A DNA stretch of 64,000 bases from Chamaesiphon sp. (GCA_965246715.1 CBDFFH010000047.1:142684-206683), one strand, 5' to 3'; positions 42,646 through 53,744 are shown, counted from the stretch's first letter. Made by a program: numbers and translations. Notes: generated by a model from the sequence alone, not told the origin.

Positions 42646-42944
42646 AGCCGATTTAGTGACTCCTCAATATCTGTACGTGATTTAATTTGGATCGATCTGA
42701 CAGCACCAGCAATCCTACTCTACTTTCTTCAACAGCGATCGCCTAAATTTCAGAGAGTAGTCGAACTTGTTGGAAGTAAATTCCGTAGTATAGATTGCTT
42801 TTTATACTTAAATTGCTTCTAAATTGTTAAATAGCTGATTTTATCGATCGAGGATTGTTAGCATAGTTGAATCAGCGCGAATCAGCCAGCTCGATCGGTC
42901 TTTAATCCTCATGCCCGCAAAATTAGAGAGTTAGATTAATCTAG

Positions 42945-43691
42945 ATGACTAACCTGCAAGTATCAAGCCAGCAAGTTTCCATCCACAGTGGAACGGAGCA
43001 GATCTCAGCCTATCTTGCCACACCAAGCGCTTCTGGTCAATTTCCTGGCATTATTGTCATCCAAGAAGTATTTGGAGTCAATGCTTACATTCGTGCCGTC
43101 ACCGAACGGATTGCGCGGATGGGCTATGTTGCCATCGCTCCAGCGATATTCGATCGTCAGGCCCCAGGTCTCGATCTCGGCTATACGCCAACTGAGCTAG
43201 AATTAGGACGTAATTATGCCGGGAAAACTACTGCCGCAGACTTACTCTCAGACATACGCGGTTCGATCGAATACCTCCGGAGTTTACCGCAAGTCAAGCC
43301 AGATTTTGGCTGTATCGGTTTCTGCTTCGGCGGACACGTCGCATATCTCGCAGCGACATTGCCCGACATTCAGGTGACAGCATCTTTCTACGGTAGCAGA
43401 ATTACAACCTTTACTCCTGGGGGTGGGGAGCCAACAGTGAGTAAAACAGGCTCGATCGCGGGTACGATGTATATGTTCTTTGGTCTGGACGATGCGAGTA
43501 TCCCGCCCGAACAGGTGGCACAGATCGACACCGCACTGACCGAACATCACGTTCCCCATCACATCTGGCAATATCCAGATGCCGGACATGGTTTCGCCTG
43601 TGACTTGCGCGATAGCTATAATCCCACGGCTACTGCTGATGCTTGGCAACACGTCAAAGAACTATTTCAGAAACTAGCTACTAGCAACTAG
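42945..43691 (+). CDS. Dienelactone hydrolase family protein
   Basis: QEVFGVN, GFCFGG, AGHGF. Confidence 0.93.
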   Translation: MTNLQVSSQQVSIHSGTEQISAYLATPSASGQFPGIIVIQEVFGVNAYIRAVTERIARMGYVAIAPAIFDRQAPGLDLGYTPTELELGRNYAGKTTAADLLSDIRGSIEYLRSLPQVKPDFGCIGFCFGGHVAYLAATLPDIQVTASFYGSRITTFTPGGGEPTVSKTGSIAGTMYMFFGLDDASIPPEQVAQIDTALTEHHVPHHIWQYPDAGHGFACDLRDSYNPTATADAWQHVKELFQKLATSN

Positions 43692-43731
43692 ACTAGCCAC
43701 TTTTTACTATTCACTATTCACGATCCACTAA

Positions 43732-44625
43732 ATGAGTACCACCAAAACATCCTCAGCCGAAATCTTCTCGATGGATGACTTTGCTAAAGCTTTAGATGCT
43801 GAAGCAGTTAGCTTTGAGGTCGGCAATCTAGTACGGGGGAAAATTCATAGTTATGATAGCGATGGAGTCTATGTAGACATTAACGGTAAATCCCTCGCGT
43901 TTGTTCCGGCGGCTGAAGTTGCCGCAGATGAATCGGCAGATCTTTCAGCATTATTACCAATTGGTGACGAACAAGAATTCTTAATCGTTCGCGAACAAAA
44001 TGCGGATGGACAAGTTACCCTATCCAAGCGGCAATTACAGGTAAAATATGCCTGGAATCAAGTTGGCGAAATCCAAAGTAATAAAGAATCGATCCAAGTC
44101 AAGGTAACTGGTGTTAACAAAGGTGGTGTAACGGTTAGCTTCCAAGGTATTCGCGGCTTTATTCCGCGATCGCAATTAGTCGAACGCGACCATGCATCTT
44201 TAGTTGGCACGAGTATTTCCGCCGTAATTATCGAAGCCAATCAAGAAACTAACAAATTAGTTTTCTCACAACGTCAAGCATCGCGCAGTGCCAACTTCGC
44301 TCAACTCGAACAGGGTCAATTAATTACTGGGATGGTCGTCGGCCTAAAACCCTTTGGTGCCTTTGTCGAATTTGATGGCAATACTGGCTTGATTTATATC
44401 AAACAAATCAGTCAAAATCGGGTTGAAGATTGTACGAAACTATTTACGATCGGGCAAGAGATCAAAGCGATGATTATCGAGCTAGACGAGCCAAATGGCA
44501 AAATTTCACTATCTACTCGAGTATTGGAAAATCATCCTGGTGAGATGCTCGAACATATGGCTGAAGTAATGGCAACAGCAGAAGAAAGAAGCGAAAAAGC
44601 TGCCAAGAAATTATTTGGTAATTAA
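43732..44625 (+). CDS. S1 RNA-binding domain protein (ribosomal protein S1 homolog B)
   Basis: Three S1 domains (NKGG..RGFIPRS, KPFGAFV). Confidence 0.9.
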   Translation: MSTTKTSSAEIFSMDDFAKALDAEAVSFEVGNLVRGKIHSYDSDGVYVDINGKSLAFVPAAEVAADESADLSALLPIGDEQEFLIVREQNADGQVTLSKRQLQVKYAWNQVGEIQSNKESIQVKVTGVNKGGVTVSFQGIRGFIPRSQLVERDHASLVGTSISAVIIEANQETNKLVFSQRQASRSANFAQLEQGQLITGMVVGLKPFGAFVEFDGNTGLIYIKQISQNRVEDCTKLFTIGQEIKAMIIELDEPNGKISLSTRVLENHPGEMLEHMAEVMATAEERSEKAAKKLFGN

Positions 44626-44727
44626 GTCTTTTTAACCCGCTGCTCATATATCGACTCTGTTTACTACAGACTATGGTTGTCTAACAGCGGGTTTAACTTT
44701 GACTCGAACGTTCATAAATATCGACAG

Positions 44728-47634
44728 ATGCCTCGTCCTAACTATGGTAATGCCGTCAAACAACGTGCCAGCCAGTTTTTTACTGTCTTGGTGGATTTTG
44801 CCAATGATGAATTAGACATCGAAGAGCGCCATTTAGACAACTTACAGCGCGATATCCAGTTGCATTGGCAAACTGACAAGCGATGTGTGGTGCGGACAAA
44901 GGTAAGATATTTAGAAAATCTTACTCGCTTATCTGGGAGCGTAATTACTGGCGAACAGATCAAAGAATCGATTAAATGTCTGACCGATTTTCTGGGAATT
45001 ATTGAAGATAATCGCCCTAGCAAAGGTGGCTCGGAAACTTGGCATTTCACCCTCAATTTATGGTACGACAGATTCGATCGATCTGCCAATCTTCAAAGAT
45101 TCGATACCGAATGGGAGCAGAGGAGATCGCCTCGAAATTTAGTGGTTGCTGAAAATCGTCAATCGATCTGCGAAAAAAGTCTAACAACCGATCGATGGCT
45201 CGAGCTAGTTCGATCGAGTTTGACCGATCGACAGTATCAGCGGATTACCACCAATCCACTGATGATCGGGGAAGAACTTAAATTTAGCCTGGAAGAGGTC
45301 TATGTGCCGCTGGGCTTGATGGAAAGACAGCAACCGACTGTTTTTGACGTGCGAGACGATCGCGCTGATGAAGGAGAAGCAATCGGTGAAAGTACGTTGC
45401 CCGATGTCGATCGATTGTTGGCACAATTAGTCGCTAATCCCGCACCCAATCGGATTGGCATTATCGGCGAACCTGGTTCGGGGAAAACTACTTGTCTGCA
45501 AAGATTGGCAGCAGGATTACTCGATCTGAAATTACTACCGATTTGGATTTCGCTGGCCGATCTTCAGGGGGAAACTTTAGAAAATTACCTCTTACAAGAC
45601 TGGCTCAAGACAGCGACTAGAAAGATAACAGTCGATCCGCAGCTCCAGCAAGATTTTGTCGCTCAATGCGATCGCGGTAATGTGTGGTTGCTATTAGATG
45701 CTGTCGATGAAATGGCCATTGATGCGAGTATTTCGTTAGCAACTTTATCCCGGCAATTGCGTGGCTGGGTAGGTACGGCGCATATCATTTTGACATGTCG
45801 ATCGAATGTCTGGGATAGCGGTAAAAATGCCCTAGAAAATTTTACTACTTATCGCAATCTCAGCTTGAGTCACGGCTATACTCATCCGCAAAATCAGGTG
45901 CGTCAATTTATTCAGGGGTGGTTTCGCGAGCGTCCCAACTTAGGAGATAATCTCGCGATCGAACTCGCCCAACCTCAATATCAAAGGTTGCGAGATGCGA
46001 TTAAAAATCCCTTGCGGTTGGCATTACTATGTCGATCGTGGCTATTAACACAGGGTAAATTACCGAGTACCAAATCTAATCTATATCAACAATTTACCGA
46101 GACTATTTATGAATGGAAACAAGATCGATTTCCCACAACTTTAGCTCAACGCCAACAGTTAAATCGAGCATTGAGTCAACTTGCGCTCCATGCGATCGAA
46201 ATCGATCGGATCCGTTTTCGGTTACCTCACGATCTCGTCCTGGAGATCCTCGAGCCAGATTTACTCGAACTCGCACTCCAATTAGGATGGCTGAATCGGG
46301 TTGGGATTGCAGTGGCTACTGGAGCGAAGATTTATGCGTTTTATCACCCCACTTTTCAAGAATATTTTGCCGCCCGAGCGATAACCGATTGGCATTATTT
46401 TTTGCCATCGCGTAATCCGATCGATACACCCATTTTTAATCCGTATTGGCATGAAACAATTTTGTTCTGGTTTGGCAGAACGGATGTGGCGATCGAGGAA
46501 AAAGAAGCTTGTATTCGCGCTCTAATTAACTTTAATATCGATCGGGGAAAGTTCTATTATTATCGAGCTTACTTTATCGCAGCAGCGGCAATTGCCGAAT
46601 TTCCGGAATCTGTAGATACTCAAGAGATTGTCGATCGCTTATTAGAGTGGCGATTTGCCACCTTTATTCCCGAGCAAAATTCCTGGCAATATTATCCAAC
46701 ACCAGTTCAAGATGGTGCGCGATTGGTACTCCGCCAAACCGATCGAGTTGCCGCAATTTCTGGCTTAGAAAGATTTCTCCGCACTGTCAAAAATCCGTTC
46801 TTGCGTTGGCAAGCCGCGCACAGTTTGGGCAAAGTCTTCGATCCGGGAAATCAGCTGGCGATCGAGGTCTTAATCGACTCATTAGCATCAGTCGATCGTA
46901 ACGATCTGGCGATTAAAATTTGCGAATCATTGGTAAAAATCGATCCTCAACCCAATCGCATCGCGATTGGGTTGCTCACTTTAATTATTCAGACAGGAGA
47001 ACGCGAGTCGATTCAACGGAAAGCTGCTTTTACGTTAGGTAAATTATTAGTAGAAAATTTACAGCACGATGAAAACAATCCGCTATTATCGCTGGTAATC
47101 GAGACACTCGTCCGGACGATCGAATCTTCACCAGAGCGCGCCAATCGAATTGCGGCCTTAGCTAATCTCCGGCAGATCGCGCCGACTCATCCTGTAGCCC
47201 AACAGCAACTTGCCAGCGAGCGGACACCACCGAGTAGTTCTCGCCACCGGCGTAAAAAAGTAGCTCGCGAGCGAAATATTAGTATTGCGATCGCTGAACT
47301 CGAACAAAAATTAGCAACTGTAAATAATGCCGAATCCCAACGTCGTTATGCATATCAACTCGGTAAATTTCAACCCGGACATCCGGTAGCGGTGGATGCT
47401 TTATTACAATTGATGTCATCTCCCCAGCCGTCAAGTTTTTACAAACGCACGGGCGAGTATCTTAGAGAAATAGTCCTAGACGAACAATTGGCACTGGTAA
47501 TTACGACATTGAAAGATGCTGCAACAGCAGTGGAACATGGCGATCGAGCGACCTCGACCTTAGAATGTTACAAGCTACTCTGGTATTGCGCCGAGCGATT
47601 GCCCTATCAAGCGTTCGGTCAAATTTGGATGTAA
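44728..47634 (+). CDS. NACHT NTPase with C-terminal HEAT-like repeats
   Basis: VYVPLGL, GEPGSGKTT, LLLDAVDE, LTCR, NPLRL, FYHPTFQEYFAA; start ATG 44728 (track TTG 44677). Confidence 0.9.
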   Translation: MPRPNYGNAVKQRASQFFTVLVDFANDELDIEERHLDNLQRDIQLHWQTDKRCVVRTKVRYLENLTRLSGSVITGEQIKESIKCLTDFLGIIEDNRPSKGGSETWHFTLNLWYDRFDRSANLQRFDTEWEQRRSPRNLVVAENRQSICEKSLTTDRWLELVRSSLTDRQYQRITTNPLMIGEELKFSLEEVYVPLGLMERQQPTVFDVRDDRADEGEAIGESTLPDVDRLLAQLVANPAPNRIGIIGEPGSGKTTCLQRLAAGLLDLKLLPIWISLADLQGETLENYLLQDWLKTATRKITVDPQLQQDFVAQCDRGNVWLLLDAVDEMAIDASISLATLSRQLRGWVGTAHIILTCRSNVWDSGKNALENFTTYRNLSLSHGYTHPQNQVRQFIQGWFRERPNLGDNLAIELAQPQYQRLRDAIKNPLRLALLCRSWLLTQGKLPSTKSNLYQQFTETIYEWKQDRFPTTLAQRQQLNRALSQLALHAIEIDRIRFRLPHDLVLEILEPDLLELALQLGWLNRVGIAVATGAKIYAFYHPTFQEYFAARAITDWHYFLPSRNPIDTPIFNPYWHETILFWFGRTDVAIEEKEACIRALINFNIDRGKFYYYRAYFIAAAAIAEFPESVDTQEIVDRLLEWRFATFIPEQNSWQYYPTPVQDGARLVLRQTDRVAAISGLERFLRTVKNPFLRWQAAHSLGKVFDPGNQLAIEVLIDSLASVDRNDLAIKICESLVKIDPQPNRIAIGLLTLIIQTGERESIQRKAAFTLGKLLVENLQHDENNPLLSLVIETLVRTIESSPERANRIAALANLRQIAPTHPVAQQQLASERTPPSSSRHRRKKVARERNISIAIAELEQKLATVNNAESQRRYAYQLGKFQPGHPVAVDALLQLMSSPQPSSFYKRTGEYLREIVLDEQLALVITTLKDAATAVEHGDRATSTLECYKLLWYCAERLPYQAFGQIWM

Positions 47635-47728
47635 TCATCCGACTTTCCTATTTACCAATGTCCGGCGATCGCCGATAATTGGGGACTAATTGTAAAAATC
47701 ACAACACAAGCGGCAGAACAGAAGATAC

Positions 47729-48586
47729 ATGGGAGTGATTTGGGAAATCGATTTTTACTCACGCCCCCTGGTTGATGAGCGACAGAAGAAGGTTTGGGAG
47801 TTATTGGTGTGTGAAAGTCCATCGACTACCCAACAATCAGCTACCGAGCTATTTCGCTACTCACAGTATTGTCCGAGCGATCGTGTAAATTCGCTGTGGT
47901 TGGGCGAAGCCTTACAAGCAGCAATGGCAGCAGCCAACCAATCCCCCCAGCGGATTCGCTTCTTTCGCCAGCAGATGAATAATATGATTACCAAAGCTTG
48001 TAAAGATATCGGCATTCCGTCAGCGGCAAGTCGGCGCACGATCGCGGTTCAGCAATGGTTAGACGAGCGAATGAGCCAAGTTTACCCCCAGCAGCCAAAC
48101 TATCAACCGACGAACAATCCCTCGGTGCAAATGTTTTCCGATCCGCCACAACCTTTGCCCGAAGCGCTGATCGGCGAAAAGTGGGCGTTTGTGAATCTGG
48201 CAGCCAGTCAGTTTGCGGAGATGAGCGATTGGCAAATCGGTTTTGGAGACGCGTTTCCGCTAGCAATGGTGGGAGTGACTCCAGAGATGCAAATTCCTGG
48301 CTTGATTTTATATTCGGGTCGAGCCGTACCGATGGCAGCCTGGATGTCCGGAGTGGAGATAGTCTCAGTCCGCTATCAACCCGCGCCCAAGTCTACGCTA
48401 TTACTAGAAACAGGCGCTACTGACAGCTGGATTTTGGCGCGGCTAGATGGTACCACCCAGCAAGAAGCCGCTCGATTTGAGTCGGGCAAATCCCAAGCTC
48501 GTGGAGTCCATTTCATCGCCGTTCAAGATAACCCTGAGACTGAAGAGTTTGCAGGATTTTGGCTCTTGCACGAACCAAATAATTAA
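47729..48586 (+). CDS. Tab2/Atab2 family RNA-binding protein
   Basis: IWEIDFYSRP, VNSLWL, RFFRQQM, GVHFIAVQ..FAGFWLL. Confidence 0.92.
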   Translation: MGVIWEIDFYSRPLVDERQKKVWELLVCESPSTTQQSATELFRYSQYCPSDRVNSLWLGEALQAAMAAANQSPQRIRFFRQQMNNMITKACKDIGIPSAASRRTIAVQQWLDERMSQVYPQQPNYQPTNNPSVQMFSDPPQPLPEALIGEKWAFVNLAASQFAEMSDWQIGFGDAFPLAMVGVTPEMQIPGLILYSGRAVPMAAWMSGVEIVSVRYQPAPKSTLLLETGATDSWILARLDGTTQQEAARFESGKSQARGVHFIAVQDNPETEEFAGFWLLHEPNN

Positions 48587-49042
48587 GGCCGATCTGACAT
48601 CCCCCAACGCCTGTCTTGTCGCTTTTTCGATCGGGGACAACCAGCCAGAGCAGGGTGGACATTGCCCACAGACAGGTTCGAGCCAGTCGTGCTCTCAGCA
48701 GTATCCCTTGTTTGTCACTCTGGAAGCTCTAAAATCACACTCGATCGATAGAACCAGCCTTGCTCGATCGATCGGCAGATCGGTTGCTAACAGTTCCAAT
48801 TTTCACACTCCCCAATTCTAAAATGTTAGAAAATACGACCCAAAACCCAACCGAGAAACTAATCAGAGAGATTTACTAATTTCACACCTTAGCGAGAGTG
48901 ACAAATGAGGGGTCTAGCGGTTCCCAATCGAATGAGGTACAGTTACTAGCCACTGTCTCAATGCGCTAAAGCCTCGGGGAACCCGTAGACGAGCGAAACG
49001 AGGCGTGTCGAAGACGGAGCGCACATCGCTAGAACAAAGCCA

Positions 49043-49222
49043 GTAGGGTGGGCACTGCCCACCGATATGTGTGAGCTTATTATTATGTCACGAGTATTCT
49101 GTGTCGCACCGTTGAATGATGGCTAGGAAACAGTAAATAGCAAAATTAGTTGAGTATGACAATATCGATATTTAGAAGCTTGAGATAGCCGCCAATCCAG
49201 CTGTGGGCAGTGCCCACCCTAC
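49043..49222. repeat. Inverted GTAG-type REP pair (REPIN-like); degenerate third copy at 48650-48669
   Basis: GTAGGGTGGGCACTGCCCACC (49043-49063) and GTGGGCAGTGCCCACCCTAC (49203-49222). Confidence 0.8.
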
Positions 49223-49268
49223 CGAATTATTTTCACCTAAACCCTAAACTCCAATCCCCCATCGCCCA

Positions 49269-50555
49269 ATGGACATCGCCGAACAACTTTTAGATCTAGC
49301 GAATAAAGCAGGAGCCGAAGCCGCCGAGGTTTACCAAGCCAAATCCTTATCCCGTCCGGTTTTCTTTGAAGCCAATCGGCTCAAGCAATTGGAATCAGCA
49401 CAGAGCGAAGGGATTGCGTTACGGTTGTGGAAAGATGGTAAACCAGGATTGGCAGTCGCCTATGGCGAGGTGGAGCCACAAGTATTGGTGGCCAAAAGTA
49501 TCGAATTGTCCCAGCTCAACGAGCCAGAAATCCCGGAATTGAACGGTGCGAATCAGCATGTCTACCCAGATTTGGGGCAGACGATTCCGACTGAGGAACT
49601 GTTAGTAATGGGCAAACACGCGATCGAAGTAGTGCGATCCGAATTTCCCGACGTGCTCTGTAGCAGTCAATGGGACTGCGATATCGAAACCACCAGATTG
49701 GTAAATAGTCTGGGGTTGGATTGTAGCTATACCGATACCACCCTCAGCGGTTATCTCGCTGTCGAATGGGTACGCGGCGACGATCTCTTGAGCGTTGGCG
49801 ATGGGCAAACTCAGCGTGGCGAACTAAATCCCGATCGCATCGCGCAGAGCGTCATCAAACGGCTTCAGTGGGCGCGCAAGAATGTCAAGCCACCGACGGG
49901 CAAAGTACCCGTGCTATTTACTGCCAAAGCCGCCGATATGCTGTGGGAAACCGTGCAAGCGGCACTCAATGGCAAACAAGTGATTGAAGGGGCTTCACCG
50001 TGGAGCGACAGATTAGGTCAAACCGTCATTTCACCCCTACTCACGCTCGCTCAAGAGCCACATCAGGGGCCATTTAGCTGCCCCTTTGATGATGAAGGTT
50101 CGCCAACGCGAGCGTTGACGTTGATTCAGGCAGGCAAACTTAAGTTATTTTATGCCGATCGCACGATCGGACAGTTGCTCGGCTCCGGTTCGACTGGCAA
50201 TGGCTTTCGATCGGGTTTGGGCAGCTATCCGACACCTGGATTGGTCAACCTCACGGTATCACCTGGTACTTTGAGCTTTAATGAATTAGTCAAACATCTA
50301 GACTCGGGCCTGATTATCGACCAAATTCTTGGTAGCGGCGCTGGGATGTCCGGCGATTTTTCCATTAATGTCGAGTTGGGCTACCGCGTCAAAAATGGTG
50401 AAATTCTCGGCAGAGTTAAAGATACGATGGTTAGCGGTAATGTCTATACCGCCCTCAAACAGATTATCGCGCTCGGTGCGGATATCGATTGGAACGGCCC
50501 CTGTCATACACCCTCACTAATTGTTGAAGGCTTGTCCGTAACTGGGAGAGGTTGA
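49269..50555 (+). CDS. pmbA: TldD/PmbA family protein (PmbA/TldE-like)
   Basis: PFDDEG, STGNGFR, SGDFSINVELG. Confidence 0.88.
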   Translation: MDIAEQLLDLANKAGAEAAEVYQAKSLSRPVFFEANRLKQLESAQSEGIALRLWKDGKPGLAVAYGEVEPQVLVAKSIELSQLNEPEIPELNGANQHVYPDLGQTIPTEELLVMGKHAIEVVRSEFPDVLCSSQWDCDIETTRLVNSLGLDCSYTDTTLSGYLAVEWVRGDDLLSVGDGQTQRGELNPDRIAQSVIKRLQWARKNVKPPTGKVPVLFTAKAADMLWETVQAALNGKQVIEGASPWSDRLGQTVISPLLTLAQEPHQGPFSCPFDDEGSPTRALTLIQAGKLKLFYADRTIGQLLGSGSTGNGFRSGLGSYPTPGLVNLTVSPGTLSFNELVKHLDSGLIIDQILGSGAGMSGDFSINVELGYRVKNGEILGRVKDTMVSGNVYTALKQIIALGADIDWNGPCHTPSLIVEGLSVTGRG

Positions 50556-51056
50556 GGGACGCTGGGGAGTTCTCGATCCTCTGCGAGCGGCATTTTGTAA
50601 CTGGATCGCTAAAAATGGAACGGTTGTCGATCGGTGCGAGGGAATCATTGGTTTGACGGCATTTAAGTTAGAACATAACTAATAGTTTCCACAATTTGTT
50701 GGCGATTTGCTCACATTAACCAGACACAGACGTGATAATTTAAGTAGGGGTGTAACAAAATTTATGAAAAAACCTTAAAATCATAGTGCTTAGGCTAAGA
50801 GATCGCAATTGCGAATGTTAGATCCGAGCATTGACAAACAGATAGTTGCGAATTGTTATTTCGTCGTCCCAACCTCTATGCTCGGATCTCATTGGCAAAG
50901 TCTGTCAATGAGAAGCATCGAGACTCTCAACTACAATGATGGAAATGCCCCGGCCAGTCTAGTACTACTGTTTGTCCACCAACAATTAAGGTGACCCCTG
51001 TCGGGGAAACTCCTGCAAGCAAGCTAATTCAATTCCACTCTGGAGGAATTTTTTCT

Positions 51057-51629
51057 ATGTCTATTCGTTTATATGTGGGCAACCTGCCAAAATCTGATGT
51101 GGAGCGCGAAGAACTCCAAACCGTATTCGCTGATGCGGGTGAATTAGTATCGGTCAAAGTAATTAAAGATCGTAAGACTGGGAAATGTCGCGGGTTTGGG
51201 TTTGTAACTGTTGAAACTGACGAACAAGCCGACCAAATCATTGAGAAATACAATGGTGCGATGTTCCAAGAAATGCCGATCAAAATTGAAAAAGCTTTAC
51301 CAAAAGCGAAAGGACAAGAAGATGAGGATGGCGAAATCAGCGAACCTAGCGAACCTAGAGAGCCTAGTTCCGTGCCCAAACCAAATCTCAGCAATAAAAA
51401 TAGTAACGCTAGCGGCGCTAGTGGCACGACTCCTACCCCTCAGCGCAATACCAGCGGTGGTACTGGTGGCGGTGGCAAAAAAGCTAACCGGAAGGATAGT
51501 AACAAAAGCAGTGGTGGCGGTAGCAAGACTTACACTAGCACTACTACCGATAGTTTCCAACCCGATCCTCGCTGGGCAGGCAAACTAGCCGAACTCAAGG
51601 ATAAATTAGCTCAATCTGGCAATCCCTAA
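51057..51629 (+). CDS. RRM RNA-binding protein, long (Rbp3-like) class
   Basis: RNP2 LYVGNL, RNP1 RGFGFV, C-terminal QPDPRWA; GGAGG RBS before ATG 51057. Confidence 0.92.
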   Translation: MSIRLYVGNLPKSDVEREELQTVFADAGELVSVKVIKDRKTGKCRGFGFVTVETDEQADQIIEKYNGAMFQEMPIKIEKALPKAKGQEDEDGEISEPSEPREPSSVPKPNLSNKNSNASGASGTTPTPQRNTSGGTGGGGKKANRKDSNKSSGGGSKTYTSTTTDSFQPDPRWAGKLAELKDKLAQSGNP

Positions 51630-51940
51630 ATTTATGTAAATGTGACATAAATAGGTATGACAGACTGCAATTGCTTGCAGGTAAGTTTGATAATTGTTGG
51701 CGATATTTTCGTCAGCAATTTTTTATGTTTATTTGCTGTGGCGATCGATCTGACAATCGACCACTCACGATTGAGTCAAGACTCGATCGATAATAAATAT
51801 CAAACCAGATAACTTTGGCGAGTCGATCGATGTCTGTGAGAAGAGCGACTATTGAGGCAATTGCAGCCATCTAGACTAATCCAACCTCCCCACTTCCAGC
51901 TATACTGATAAACTGTTCGTCGTTCCCCCACACTGGATTT

Positions 51941-53473
51941 ATGGCTCGTTTAGCACTGCTGAGTGTATCTGACAAGACTGGACTCATCGACTTCGCCCGT
52001 CAGTTAGTAGAAAAATTTGATTTTGAGATCGTCAGTAGTGGGGGTACCGCTCAAGCGCTTAAAGCTGAAGGGATTCCCGTGATGAAGGTGGCGGAATATA
52101 CAGGTGCTCCGGAAATTTTGGGCGGGCGGGTGAAGACATTGCACCCCAAGATTCATGGGGGGATTTTGGCACGGCGGGATGTGCCGGAAGACTTGACAGA
52201 TTTAGAACAGCAGGGGATTCGTCCGATCGATCTTGTCGTTGTCAATCTTTATCCGTTCGCTGCGACGATTGCCAAACCAGGAGTCAGTTTAGCAGATGCG
52301 ATCGAGAATATCGATATCGGTGGCCCCGCCATGCTCCGTGCTTCCGCCAAGAATTACGCCCATCTGACGGTATTGTCTAATCCAGATCGATATCATGACT
52401 ATCTGGCTGAATTGACCCAAAATAACGGGCAAGCCTCGATCGAATTTCGTCAAGCTAGAGCCTTAGAAACCTTCCAACATACCGCTACTTATGATGCCGC
52501 GATCGCCGATTATTTGGCAGAGCAAGCAGGCGAACCAGCAAATTATCAACTTTTCGGTCGATCGATCCAATCGCTCCGCTATGGCGAAAATCCCCACCAA
52601 CCAGCCGCATGGTATCAAACTGGTGCGACTCCTTCCGGTTGGACGAATGCCAAAATCTTGCAGGGCAAAGAACTCAGTTATAACAATCTCGTCGATTTAG
52701 AAGCCGCACGGCGGATTATTGCTGAGTTTAACGATACTCCTGCCGCAACGATTATCAAACATAACAATCCTTGCGGGACGGCGATAGGTGATACCTTATC
52801 AGCCGCATACGATCGCGCTTACAATGCCGATGCGACCTCCGCATTTGGTGGGATCGTTGCCGTCAATCGTCCGCTGGATGCCGATACCGCCATCTCGATG
52901 AGCAAAACCTTCCTCGAATGTATCGTTGCGCCGGAATGTACCCCCGAAGCTGCCGCCATCTTCGCTACAAAAAAGAATCTCCGCGTCTTGACGCTGGCTG
53001 ATTTAGCAACGGGGACGAAAGATAATGTCAAAATTATCGCTGGTGGGCTGCTCGTGCAAGCTGCCGACGAAGAGATCGAAACCATTACAAACTGGCAAAT
53101 CGTCACCACTAAACAGCCGACAGCTGCCGAACTTCAGGAATTATTATTTGCCTGGAAAGTCTGTAAACATGTCAAATCCAACGCGATCGTCGCGACCAAA
53201 GATCGCACTACAATTGGTGTAGGTGCCGGACAAATGAACCGTGTCGGTTCGGTCAAAATTGCCCTCGAACAGGCTGGGGAACTGGCACAGGGTGCGACGC
53301 TAGCCAGCGATGGCTTTTTCCCATTCGATGACTCCGTGCGGACGGCAGGAGCAGCCGGAATTACCGCGATCGTCCAACCAGGCGGCAGTATGCGCGATAA
53401 TGACTCGATCTCGGCTGCTAACGAACTAGGGATCGTCATGGTATTTACAGGCACCCGCCACTTCTTGCACTAG
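51941..53473 (+). CDS. purH: Bifunctional AICAR transformylase/IMP cyclohydrolase
   Basis: GRVKTLHP, LRYGENPHQ, KHVKSNAI, SDGFFPF, RHFLH. Confidence 0.98.
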   Translation: MARLALLSVSDKTGLIDFARQLVEKFDFEIVSSGGTAQALKAEGIPVMKVAEYTGAPEILGGRVKTLHPKIHGGILARRDVPEDLTDLEQQGIRPIDLVVVNLYPFAATIAKPGVSLADAIENIDIGGPAMLRASAKNYAHLTVLSNPDRYHDYLAELTQNNGQASIEFRQARALETFQHTATYDAAIADYLAEQAGEPANYQLFGRSIQSLRYGENPHQPAAWYQTGATPSGWTNAKILQGKELSYNNLVDLEAARRIIAEFNDTPAATIIKHNNPCGTAIGDTLSAAYDRAYNADATSAFGGIVAVNRPLDADTAISMSKTFLECIVAPECTPEAAAIFATKKNLRVLTLADLATGTKDNVKIIAGGLLVQAADEEIETITNWQIVTTKQPTAAELQELLFAWKVCKHVKSNAIVATKDRTTIGVGAGQMNRVGSVKIALEQAGELAQGATLASDGFFPFDDSVRTAGAAGITAIVQPGGSMRDNDSISAANELGIVMVFTGTRHFLH

Positions 53474-53505
53474 GGGATAGTATCGATCGAGATTGCCTAC
53501 TGCGG

Positions 53506-53668
53506 CTACCCTGTATACAGATCTCTAGCTCGCAGCAAAATTGGTGGGAATCCCCCTAAATCCCCCTTAAAAAGGGGGACTTTGACCGGATCTTAGCCCC
53601 TTTTTTAAGGGGGTTTGGGGGATTTAGATCTAGAAACGCAGCTCAGCCGACTTTTGTGTACACCGTAG
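53506..53668. mobile_element. MITE with CTAC..TGTA(T/C)ACA ends enclosing a paired poly-C/poly-G hairpin repeat
   Basis: CTACCCTGTATACA / TGTGTACACCGTAG; 9-bp flanks CTACTGCGG / CTCCTGCGG; core TCCCCCTAAATCCCCCTTAAAAAGGGGG..CCCCTTTTTTAAGGGGGTTTGGGGGA. Confidence 0.7.
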
Positions 53669-53720
53669 CTCCTGCGGTTTCACCGCAGGAGCTACGGAAA
53701 TGAAGCCAGGAGTCATCGAT

Positions 53721-53744
53721 TCTCCAAGGAGAGGCTATCGCCAA
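53721..53744. repeat. 24-nt small dispersed repeat in a split CGATCG
   Basis: CGAT-TCTCCAAGGAGAGGCTATCGCCAA-CG. Confidence 0.65.
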
